From Myxococcota bacterium (GTDB lineage: Bacteria > Myxococcota > XYA12-FULL-58-9 > JABJBS01), in the NCBI GenBank assembly GCA_036339465.1, contig JAYZAY010000016.1, forward strand, positions 1 to 43,177: a DNA stretch of 43,177 nt, in the 5' to 3' direction. How positions within the stretch are numbered: the first letter of the stretch is position 1; each line of letters starts with the position of its first letter. The position numbers and the translations under genes were made by a program. Positions 29,414 through 38,016 of this stretch are shown here, in pieces. The notes under the pieces were generated by a model. It worked only from the letters and a program-made list of their open reading frames with translations. It searched no databases and was not told where the DNA came from.

Positions 29414-31717
29414 CTAAACCACTTCTTCCCTTTGAGCTCTGAAGGCTTCTTTAAGCGCCTCCTCTGCAACTCGTCCACTTGGGCTAGCCACGCCCGCAAG
29501 ACGTCGCTTCTCGGGCTCTGGGAGTTCCGAAACCCAGAGTTGGTAATCGAGATTGAACTGCTGGTGTTTTATCTGTTTGAGGCGTTGTAATTTTTTCATT
29601 TTATCTTTGAGGATGGCCTGCTCGCGGGCTTCTTCTGGGGAAATATAAGAAGCGGGCTCTGGATAGTAGCCGCCATTCTTCTTTAGCTGAGAGATTGCCC
29701 AGGTTTTTGGTTTATCGATGCCTTCGGAGTGCTCGGGGCTTCCGAGGTAGAAACCGAGATGAAACAAGCCGGCTTTGAACTCTTCGAAACTCAACTCACC
29801 GGATAAAACGAATTTGCGATAAAGGGGTAGTACATCACTTAGACCAATCAAAAATTCGGTGAGTCCTGCGCGGTCGAGGGTTTCTTTTAATGCCTCGTCA
29901 ATTTCACTGCCTGCTTTCTTGTTGTCTGTTGTATTATTATAAATACTACTAACTACTACGTTCTGAGGTTCCGTTTGGAGGTTCTGTATAAGCCGTCGTC
30001 GGTTTCCGTAGGAGGTTCCGGTTGAATCGTTGCGGAGGTTCCAATTAACGCTGAGGGCAAGTACCGTAGTGTTGGGATTAATGATCTGGTAGCGCTTCCC
30101 TTTTGAGTACCTTCCTCTGGATATTTCGGTTTCTCGGATGAGCTGGAGGCGTCGGAGTTTAAAGACTAGTTTTTTCGCAGTGGCGGTGGTGGTTGCGAGT
30201 TCTGCGGCGAGTTCGTTGTAGGTGATCCATCGGGTTCCCTTGGTGGGGTCGTCTGATTGTGCTTCTTGCTGAGCGATGTATAGGAGAACGACCTGTTCCT
30301 GTGGAGAGGCGGGAAAGAAATGGTCGGTGAGGTTCTGGTCAGGAGCTCTGAGAGGTTCCGCTTGGCTTAATGGAGACCTTGTGGTTGAGGTTTCGATTAG
30401 GCGGCTTTGAGGTTCCGGTTGTGAATGAGTACCTAGGACTGGGGAATTGGAACCTTGGGGGGGGGAAATGGTACCTGAGGCCTGAGGTACCATTTGTACA
30501 TGAGAACCTCGAAGTGGAGGTACGGTTTGAGGGGGGTGAGGTTCCGGTTGGATGGATGGAGGTCCCGATTGAATTGGCTGAGGTCCCCGTTGAATAATTG
30601 GAGGTCCTGATTGGATTTCGGAGGTCCCAGTGAGAGGTTCTGATTGGGAATGGGAACCTAAGGATGGAGGTCCTGATTGGATTGGCTGAGGTTCTCTTTC
30701 GGTGACTTGAGGTCCTGATGGGTAATCGGAGGTTCCTGTTTCGGGTTCCGATTGGATTTTCAACGTTCCAATAACGAGTTCAGAAGGCCGCTTTGAGGTC
30801 CCGCTTGGAGGTTCTGATGGAGGCAATGGATTAAGGAATGGTGGTGACGATAGATAGGACGTAGTGTGGAGAGAGTCCTCCTCCTGGGGGTGTAAGGGCG
30901 CACTCCGATGGTCGGATTTAAGACGTGAAGCCGCTGTGGGAGGGTGTTCTTGCTGAGGGGTCGGGTCGATTGGCTGTTCTGCTTGGTGGTGTGCTTCCGT
31001 GCTAAGAGGTTCCGATTGGCGGTGTGCTTCCGTGCTAAGAGGTTCCGATTGGTGGTGTGCCTCCGCGCTAAGAGGTTCCGGTTGAGGGTGGGAAGTTTTG
31101 TATGTCTCGCTTGGGCTGGGTTGGGAGGTTCTCAAAGGAGGTTCCCATAGAGGAATGCCGGAGGTCGCGGCGACGGGGCTCCGTACGGCCCCGGCTGTCA
31201 GGCGAGGTTCTGTATGGGTTTGCGAGGTTCTAATTGGAGGTTCTGTATGGGTTCCCGAGGTTCTTATTGGAGGTTCTGGTTGCCGTTGGCATGCTACTAT
31301 CGGCGAGTCTGATCCTATTAATGAGGTTCCAGTTCCAGGTTCCGATTGATTCTCTAATCTCGCAACTGAGAGATCTAGATGGCTATCTGAGATTCCGACC
31401 ACAACACCTGATTGAGCATCCGAAGGTGTACTTCGAGCGCCTGATTGAGGTCCTGAGGTTCCGATTGGAGGTCCCGATTGCGGATCGAAGGCCTTGGCTG
31501 CCGTCTCGGCAGGGGAGCCCAGCGGTTTAGGTTCTGAGTTAAGGGGCGACAGGTAGGATTCCTGATTTGAGTGAGTCGCTTCGGCTGCAGCTCGCTTGTC
31601 GAGAAGGGGAGGGGAGACAGGGAGCGACCTTCTTCCGTTGTTAAAGGCGGATTGTTGCCTTGTGGTTTTCCTAGGCCGCCGACGAGGGGTCGAGGCCATA
31701 TCTAAGTCCATCGCCAT
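29414..31717 (-). CDS. Putative replication initiator / DNA-binding protein: long Pro/Ser/Glu repeat region, winged HTH, helical C-terminal domain
   Basis: 767 aa, 19 nt downstream of parA. wHTH QEQVVLLYI...ITYNELAAELATTTATAKKLVFKLRRLQLI...GKRYQI, then an SSIYNNTT linker; dense DNA repeats inside the gene. Confidence 0.65.
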   Translation of the reverse strand: MAMDLDMASTPRRRPRKTTRQQSAFNNGRRSLPVSPPLLDKRAAAEATHSNQESYLSPLNSEPKPLGSPAETAAKAFDPQSGPPIGTSGPQSGARSTPSDAQSGVVVGISDSHLDLSVARLENQSEPGTGTSLIGSDSPIVACQRQPEPPIRTSGTHTEPPIRTSQTHTEPRLTAGAVRSPVAATSGIPLWEPPLRTSQPSPSETYKTSHPQPEPLSAEAHHQSEPLSTEAHRQSEPLSTEAHHQAEQPIDPTPQQEHPPTAASRLKSDHRSAPLHPQEEDSLHTTSYLSSPPFLNPLPPSEPPSGTSKRPSELVIGTLKIQSEPETGTSDYPSGPQVTEREPQPIQSGPPSLGSHSQSEPLTGTSEIQSGPPIIQRGPQPIQSGPPSIQPEPHPPQTVPPLRGSHVQMVPQASGTISPPQGSNSPVLGTHSQPEPQSRLIETSTTRSPLSQAEPLRAPDQNLTDHFFPASPQEQVVLLYIAQQEAQSDDPTKGTRWITYNELAAELATTTATAKKLVFKLRRLQLIRETEISRGRYSKGKRYQIINPNTTVLALSVNWNLRNDSTGTSYGNRRRLIQNLQTEPQNVVVSSIYNNTTDNKKAGSEIDEALKETLDRAGLTEFLIGLSDVLPLYRKFVLSGELSFEEFKAGLFHLGFYLGSPEHSEGIDKPKTWAISQLKKNGGYYPEPASYISPEEAREQAILKDKMKKLQRLKQIKHQQFNLDYQLWVSELPEPEKRRLAGVASPSGRVAEEALKEAFRAQREEVV
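29911..30041. other. Candidate intragenic replication origin: four GAGGTTC repeats plus adjacent AT-rich tract
   Basis: GAGGTTC at 29965, 29978, 30012, 30035 next to TTGTATTATTATAAATACTACTAACTACTA, between the wHTH and C-terminal domain coding regions. Confidence 0.5.
29965..31474. repeat. Array of about 33 co-oriented GAGGT(T/C)C heptamers (iteron-like)
   Basis: Hand-counted copies, e.g. 30538, 30559, 30580, 30601, 30621, 30634, 30667, 30688, 30709, 30729, 31204, 31224, 31237, 31257, 31270; recurrent spacings 13, 20-21 and 33 bp. Confidence 0.93.
30983..31081. repeat. 3 x 33-bp tandem repeat (SEPLS[T/A]EAH[H/R]Q) within the array
   Basis: TTGG(T/C)GGTGTGC(T/C)TCCG(T/C)GCTAAGAGGTTCCG(A/G) three times. 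Confidence 0.95.
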
Positions 31718-31736
31718 GGGTCATCTGTCCTCGAGT

Positions 31737-32858
31737 TTAAGCTGCCTGTGTTTTGCCTGACTTTTGGGTCTGAATTTCCATTAGCCGGTCAAAGAGCTCT
31801 ATAAATATCTCTCGTTGTTCCGAAGCCAGCTTATGCTTCGGTTTGTATTCTAGTAGTGATTGATTGGTGGCGAGGGCTTCTTCGTAGGCAACCGAGGACT
31901 TGATCGGATTGCCAATGATTTTTCCTTGGTATCGCCGATAATATTCCATGAGAATCTCGCGATTTAACTTTGCCGTCGCAGAGAATCTCGTGGGAATGAA
32001 TAATTGGTCGATGGACATTGATGCATCTCTTTCAAACGTTTCCAGGCACGTGTGGAATACCTCAAGGGATTTGAACATCGTAATGGAGCATTCGATGGGG
32101 GAGAGCAGGGTGCCCTGAAGTTCCCCGATGGCGTAAATGGCGCTTTGGTTTAATAGGTTCCAGGCTGGGGGTAGGTCCAGCAGGATGACATCCCAGTTGC
32201 CACTTTCTTTGAGGGGTCTTACAATTTTATCGGTTACAAATTTCTCACGATGAATCTTACCGAATAGCTCTTGGTCGACTATGGATAATTCTGGGCTGGC
32301 CGGGAGGATGCCTAAATGATTCCCGAGACTATAATCCATTTCAATGAGTGATGAGACGTCCAAGTCTGGATTACGCAGGAGATCCAGTAACCCCACCGCA
32401 CATTCAACCTGTGATTCGAGGTAACGGTCAAGTTGTGCAGAGCTACCCTCGGGATTGGGGAGGTCTTTGTTGGTGACGGTTTCCAGGCCCCAGAGTGAGC
32501 TGAGATCTGTTTGTTGATCGAGGTCTACGCAAACGGTTTTTAGGCCACCCCCGATCGCGAAAATTCGCGCCAGCTGATGAACGGTGGAGGTTTTGTAAAC
32601 ACCACCTTTCTGAGACCAGCATGCAATGACCAGTGGTTCCTTGAGACGTGACTTATCGAGGAAGCCGTGGCCTGCTTCGGCTATTTCAGGTAGTTGTGGG
32701 GTTTTCCAAACGCGCGTTGGTTGCTTGGAAACACCGCGATGTACGCGATCAGCTTTTGGGAACCTATTGGTTTCCGACTCTTCTGCCCTAAGAATGGTCT
32801 GTTTGGTTGATTCGAAATGAAATATGGCTTCTAAGTCTCGATAGAGAAAATCTCGCAT
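31737..32858 (-). CDS. parA: ParA-family partition ATPase with N-terminal (type Ia-like) extension
   Basis: Deviant Walker A QKGGVYKTS, A' VDLDQQ, ILPAS, Walker B VILLDLPP; about 75-aa N-terminal extension; AGGAGG RBS. Confidence 0.93.
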   Translation of the reverse strand: MRDFLYRDLEAIFHFESTKQTILRAEESETNRFPKADRVHRGVSKQPTRVWKTPQLPEIAEAGHGFLDKSRLKEPLVIACWSQKGGVYKTSTVHQLARIFAIGGGLKTVCVDLDQQTDLSSLWGLETVTNKDLPNPEGSSAQLDRYLESQVECAVGLLDLLRNPDLDVSSLIEMDYSLGNHLGILPASPELSIVDQELFGKIHREKFVTDKIVRPLKESGNWDVILLDLPPAWNLLNQSAIYAIGELQGTLLSPIECSITMFKSLEVFHTCLETFERDASMSIDQLFIPTRFSATAKLNREILMEYYRRYQGKIIGNPIKSSVAYEEALATNQSLLEYKPKHKLASEQREIFIELFDRLMEIQTQKSGKTQAA

Positions 32859-33829
32859 AATGCATCCCTCCTGATGTTATATAGCTGAAGCCGACGCGCA
32901 TCGACAGAACTACACTCTCACCATATGTAACCGTTAGATGTAACGCAAACGCTTTGTTATAGTTTAATGCGTATTAGCTTATGCTCTATATGATTTGTTT
33001 ATATAAGCGTAGCGATCCCTGAATGGGAAAACCCAAAAATTCAACGGTGCGTTCCGGACGCACTCTCTTAAAACAGCCACAGGACTGTCTCTGGTGGGCG
33101 CTAATGACCGTCGTAATTTCCTTCTATGCTTTTGAACAACCGGCAGCACGGACGATCGGCTTAGATATAGGGCTTTTTTGGAGGTGCCCGATTTTGGTGT
33201 TCGGAGGGTCGACGTGTAGAACAACGATCCACGTGTTGCTCCCCCCCAGCCGCCCTTACTGATCTACCAACATTTATCGACCCCTCCGTTATTACTTCGG
33301 ATGAATGCTGGAGGTTGGTGCAAAGAAAAAGGCAGGGCAAGGGGCGTAATCACACGCTATGAACAAATGCGTGGGGCTGGCACAACCATTAGACACGCTC
33401 GGATCCATTCATCGACACCGGTCAAACACTCAAGCCTGCGTCCATTGGAACAGGCAGCGAATCCCAAATATTAGGCCAAATGGCATTTTTTTCTAACGAC
33501 TGACAACCACTGGTGTTCCAAACCCCGAATGGGATTTGATTTGCGTTGTGGCGTGTCACAGTGTTGGCGATGAAAGCCCCTTTGCACGCCAAATAGAGCC
33601 GGCAAAGGCCCTCCCTTGCCTTTTTTTCAAGCAAGCCCGCGGGGGGCCAACAATCATAATAAGCCAACGCCTGGGGCAATCCTTAACCGCGCTCAGAGCT
33701 ATTGCAAAGAGGTTGATTTGGGGTCAACGAGTGGCTGCTTGCTGCCGCCGATACCCCCCCACAGGGAAAATCGGGGTCGAACACTGAGGTCGATCTGGGT
33801 CCCCAACAGGACCGAGTTCTGTGGCGGAA

Positions 33830-34306
33830 TTAGAAACCAGCTCCGACGGCCAGACCATAGACATAGGAAACATGTCCATTGGCGTAATCCACACTTGCGA
33901 CAGGACCAACCGACATTGCTCCGAAGTGTAAATCGTAGCCCACACTTCCGCGAAGCCCGAAATTCGCCTTGTCGAGATTGGTTACAACAATGACTGGAGC
34001 TACCGCGAACCGCAGGCCACCGACTGGATGAACCACCACCATCGGCCCCCCAATTAGATGGGTTTCATCAAAGAAAGCGGCATCAACCAAGACCCCAAGC
34101 CCAACGAGACCGTCCATCACCGAAAGCCGATATTCGTAGTCAGCTCCCACCGTAATCCCATGGTGAACCACGTCGTCAATGGTATGAGTCGTCGCACCGA
34201 TGAACAACGCTGCATGGCTATGGTGTGCATGAACTTCCCCAGCCTGCGCCGATCCCGTCCACAGACCAAGCAATATTACAGCTACCAATAAAGACCGTCT
34301 TCCCAT
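33830..34306 (-). CDS. Exported small outer-membrane beta-barrel-like protein with His-rich N-terminus
   Basis: Signal peptide ending AQA, HAHHSH, alternating amphipathic strands, terminal Phe (VGAGF). Confidence 0.75.
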   Translation of the reverse strand: MGRRSLLVAVILLGLWTGSAQAGEVHAHHSHAALFIGATTHTIDDVVHHGITVGADYEYRLSVMDGLVGLGVLVDAAFFDETHLIGGPMVVVHPVGGLRFAVAPVIVVTNLDKANFGLRGSVGYDLHFGAMSVGPVASVDYANGHVSYVYGLAVGAGF

Positions 34307-34695
34307 CTTCTTTTTCCTGTGTGAGATTTGGCTGTTCTCTCATGACCCATGGCTTGAGGAAACCGCAGTCTGTTACGCTCGCCCGCCAAATCCGGCCAGC
34401 CTGGATTATCCTACCTATGGTAGCGCCCGGGTTGGTAGTAAAATACATGAAAAGCGAGGGGACCTCAAATGTCGCCGATGATGCACTTCACCACTTCGTG
34501 GTCATAATTGCTCTGAAGCATCCGCGCCCTTTAGCTCGAGACATTATCGGAATGATGCCGCCGAGAGAGAAAACGATACGACTCTTTGGCCAACCTCGGA
34601 GATGCAGAGCGAGCAAGCCCAAGTGTCTGGAAGGTGCCTGCCGCTCACCGCCGGTGTCGCTTAGAATCAACGCTTTTAGAGCATTTCTTGTCTCC

Positions 34696-34890
34696 TTACG
34701 AGCCGGCGCTGCATTCCACATGGTGTGTTTGTGGAAACAAACCACGAACTAAAGTGCCTTTGCTGAGCCGGTCCCATTGCCGAAGACATCGAATCCATCG
34801 CCCAAGCGTGTTTATCATAAGCTCCCAAGCCCAACCTACGCCGTAAAGGGGAGGATGAAGAGCAGAGGCCTCAAAACGTCTACCGCCCAT
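34696..34890 (-). pseudogene. 3' remnant of RlmD/TrmA-family RNA m5U methyltransferase
   Basis: GRRFEASALHPPLYG resembles RFD.VVLDPPR.G, NTLGRW resembles TLARD, and LFPQTHHVEC resembles DMFP.THHVE. The catalytic YVSC segment is missing. Confidence 0.5.
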
Positions 34891-35797
34891 TCCTGCTTAA
34901 GGGGCGAGTCTTCGTTTCTGTGCGCCAGCGCCAGGCATATTTTTGTGCACTGATATTTATGGGAGTGAGCAGGGCTTGGGTTGCAACAAAAAGCGGATGG
35001 TTTGGCACCGGTTAATGCATTGTGCGTATGAGATTGAGGTGCTCAAACGGCCCAAATGCAAGGGTGGCATGACCAACATGTCGTTTGTTATCTTGTAGAC
35101 AGTGGCCCGTGAATATTCTCAAGTATCATGGACTTGTTGGGGACTGACGGAAACGAAGGCCTTCGAGATTTAATTAAATGGATTTTGAGTATGTGTGGGG
35201 CTGCTTAGAGACAGGGTCAAGGATTGGTTTGTTCTTTTGCAGGGTGAACTGTTCAGCGGACGATTTTTTACGGTTTGCAGATTGGGAAGCTTCTTGCGGG
35301 TGGATATACGCGAATAATGTGATTGGTTTGATGGAGGTGGTGCGTTCTCAAATAATGATTCTCAGCGAATCTATTGGTGGTTGCGGCTTCCAAGTGATGG
35401 TTTTTATCTCGTGGGTTGTCTGTGGACCTTTTTGGTTTAACCCGATGTTTTTTTGTTTTTGGTGCTTTTCTTTAAGTGACGGAGCCTAGCTATTTGGGAA
35501 TGTGAGGATTTCCAAGGATGTCGTCAGTTTGTGTATGTTGGAGGTCCTGTGGGTTGGGGAAAGTGGGCCTTATAGAGTGTGGAGACCGGTCAAACTGAAT
35601 TCCTAGAGCATAAATTAAACAAAACCTGGCCTCGACTATTCCACTGACCCCCGGCTTTTGAATAAAATAACAGGAGCGATTGCGCGGTGGAACCGATACG
35701 CATGGGGTGGGCCTTTCTATGCTTTCGGGTCTTGTAGGAGGTCCTTGGTTATCAAGGACTTAACACATAGAATGATGAGGCTATTGTAGCGTGAACA

Positions 35798-37912
35798 ATG
35801 ACTGATCAATTTGGACAGGGAAGGTTGATCGTTGGTGCTGCGTTTGGCGACTATGTCTTGGAGAAACGACTCGGTTCTGGTGGGATGGCCGAAATATTTC
35901 TGGCCCGCCGCTCCGGTTCTGAGGGGTTTCAGAGGCAGGTTGTCATTAAACGAATTCATCCACATTTGAGTGAAAATAAAGAGTTTCGGGCGATGTTTGT
36001 CGATGAGGCAAAGCTATGTGCGCAGCTTCATCATCCCAATATTGTTTCAATTTACGATTTCGACACTTATAATGGATCGTATTATATGGTCATGGAAGTT
36101 GTTGATGGTGTCGATTTAACGTCATTAATCCTGTGGGCTATTGATCAAGAACGTGTCCTTAGGACTAACGAAATTGCATTTATCGGTAGCCAAGTTGGCA
36201 GTGCACTTTCCTATACTCACAATGCTCAGGCCTCAGACGGTACGCCATTGAATATCGTCCACCGCGATATTACACCCTCCAATATCATGGTGAGTCGCTT
36301 TGGTGAGGTTAAAGTGATGGATTTCGGTATCGCAAAAGCTGCGGCTAGAATGGCTAAAACCCAAACGGGGACGCTGAAGGGTAAGTTCAGCTACATGGCG
36401 CCGGAACAAATTGAGCACAGTGTTGTGAGCAAATATACTGACCAATTTGCTTTGGGATGTGTGCTTTGGGAACTTCTAACGCTCCAAAAATTGTTTTCCG
36501 GTTGTAATGAAGCTGATGTCTTGATGAAAGTCATCAAGGGCGACGTGCCGAAGCCTTCGGAGTATGCGTCAGTTGAGAAGGGTATGGAAGACATCGTAAT
36601 GCGAGCTTTAGCGAGGAAGCCGACGAGTCGCTATGCAGATATTGGGGAGATGGCTGACGACCTGAGTCGGGTTGTTTTGGCATCGGAACGGGCGATAGAG
36701 TTGAAGTGCTTGGTCGACCAAATCATCAAGGAAACCCCAGAGGAAGAGGAAGAAGACCCCCAATTGCAGTCCCCGAAGACCAACCTCAATTATTCGGGAA
36801 ACTCCAGTCCTTCCCATCGTATGCGAAAACAGCCCAATGATTTTAGTGATTCCAGTCACCCGTTTGATTTGGAGCAAGATGAGCGGCCTGTATTGAGCAT
36901 GGAAGCGTATCCAGACGGTAAGGTGACGAGGGAGATGCCCCTTGTATCTAGTGATTCCAGTCACCCGTTTGATTTGGAGCAAGATGAGCGGCCTGTATTG
37001 AGCATGGAAGCGTATCCAGACGGTAAGGTGACGGGGGAGATGTCGCTTGCATCAGATACCGATTTATCCGTTCTAGAGAAGGATCGGGTAATGAAGGTGT
37101 CGAAGGTTGGAAAACCGACTGAAGCTTCTGTCACAAGTATGAGGGGTCTTGCCAAAGAGAGTTCCTCTGGTGAAGTGGGCCAGTTCCCAGTGAAACGCGC
37201 TCGGGGATCTGCTTTGGTTCCCAATGAAAGACGCACGAGGAAGGAAGAGTGGGCAACCTTCGCGGTTGTAGGCGTGATATTTGTGGGGGGTATGTTCTTT
37301 GCCACCCAGAATAACAGCTCGAAAACGACCATGGAGGGCAACAGTATCAACGCGGTTGAGACACCTGATATGGCTATCCAAGGTGTGGAACCTGAAACCT
37401 CGACAGCGTTATCCGGGACGAAAGTCGATGTTTCGGGGAGTGTCGACTCTGCTCGCAGAAGAGGCTCGTCCAGTCACCGGCAGGGGGATGGGGAAGTAAC
37501 CAATGAGGGTGAAGCGATGGCACCTACGCTTTCCGGAGGAGATACCTCTGAAAATGTAAGGAAGCCGTCGAGAATTGAAAGTGCTGTAAAGAAAAAAAAG
37601 GCGGTGACGCCAGCTAAAGCTCCGAGCCCAACTGTCGCAGCTCCAGCTAAAGCTAAAGCCCCGAGCCCAACTGTCGCAGCTCCAGCTAAAGCCCCTGTGG
37701 TTGCACCTCCGGGCACCTTGTCCCTACGGAAGGTAGGGCCGTGGGTGGCGGTTTACCTCAAGGGTGAAAAGTTGGGCCATACGCCCCTGCGGAATGTGGA
37801 GGTGCCCTCTGGAAAGCAGATCTTCCAGTTGGTGAACAAGGCTGCTGGCATTGATGAGCTCCTTGAGCTTGAGATTAAACCGGGAGAATTGACCCAGTAT
37901 ATTGTCCGGTAG
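35798..37912 (+). CDS. Membrane-anchored Hanks-type Ser/Thr protein kinase with PEGA-like C-terminal domain
   Basis: LGSGGMAEIF, VVIKRI, HPNIV, HRDITPSN, DFGIAK, YMAPE; TM segment WATFAVVGVIFVGGMFFA; PWVAVYLKGEKLGHTPL. Confidence 0.95.
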   Translation: MTDQFGQGRLIVGAAFGDYVLEKRLGSGGMAEIFLARRSGSEGFQRQVVIKRIHPHLSENKEFRAMFVDEAKLCAQLHHPNIVSIYDFDTYNGSYYMVMEVVDGVDLTSLILWAIDQERVLRTNEIAFIGSQVGSALSYTHNAQASDGTPLNIVHRDITPSNIMVSRFGEVKVMDFGIAKAAARMAKTQTGTLKGKFSYMAPEQIEHSVVSKYTDQFALGCVLWELLTLQKLFSGCNEADVLMKVIKGDVPKPSEYASVEKGMEDIVMRALARKPTSRYADIGEMADDLSRVVLASERAIELKCLVDQIIKETPEEEEEDPQLQSPKTNLNYSGNSSPSHRMRKQPNDFSDSSHPFDLEQDERPVLSMEAYPDGKVTREMPLVSSDSSHPFDLEQDERPVLSMEAYPDGKVTGEMSLASDTDLSVLEKDRVMKVSKVGKPTEASVTSMRGLAKESSSGEVGQFPVKRARGSALVPNERRTRKEEWATFAVVGVIFVGGMFFATQNNSSKTTMEGNSINAVETPDMAIQGVEPETSTALSGTKVDVSGSVDSARRRGSSSHRQGDGEVTNEGEAMAPTLSGGDTSENVRKPSRIESAVKKKKAVTPAKAPSPTVAAPAKAKAPSPTVAAPAKAPVVAPPGTLSLRKVGPWVAVYLKGEKLGHTPLRNVEVPSGKQIFQLVNKAAGIDELLELEIKPGELTQYIVR
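36844..37053. repeat. 105-bp in-frame tandem duplication in kinase linker
   Basis: SDSSHPFDLEQDERPVLSMEAYPDGKVT twice; copies start at 36844 and 36949 and are identical over the first ~85 nt. Confidence 0.95.
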
Positions 37913-38016
37913 CTGCGCTTTATCCAGCTTCTGGCTATCTCACGCAGATAATTGCATCGCTGACCGGAAGTGGCTAGCATGGATAGAGGTCGCTCTTAAT
38001 AGCTGGGTCACGATTG

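Noticed and set aside
28566..29590. ORF-track calls 28566-28757, 28800-29138, 28983-29177, 29096-29590
   Set aside because: Atypical composition, mutual overlap and overlap with the initiator-like gene; treated as non-coding.
30983..31081. 33-bp repeats as a CRISPR array
   Set aside because: Contiguous tandem units with no unique spacers, inside an ORF, and no cas genes.
34488..34745. Possible ArsR-like remnant (PSRHLGLL...IVFSL)
   Set aside because: Motif spacing is wrong and the match could be chance.
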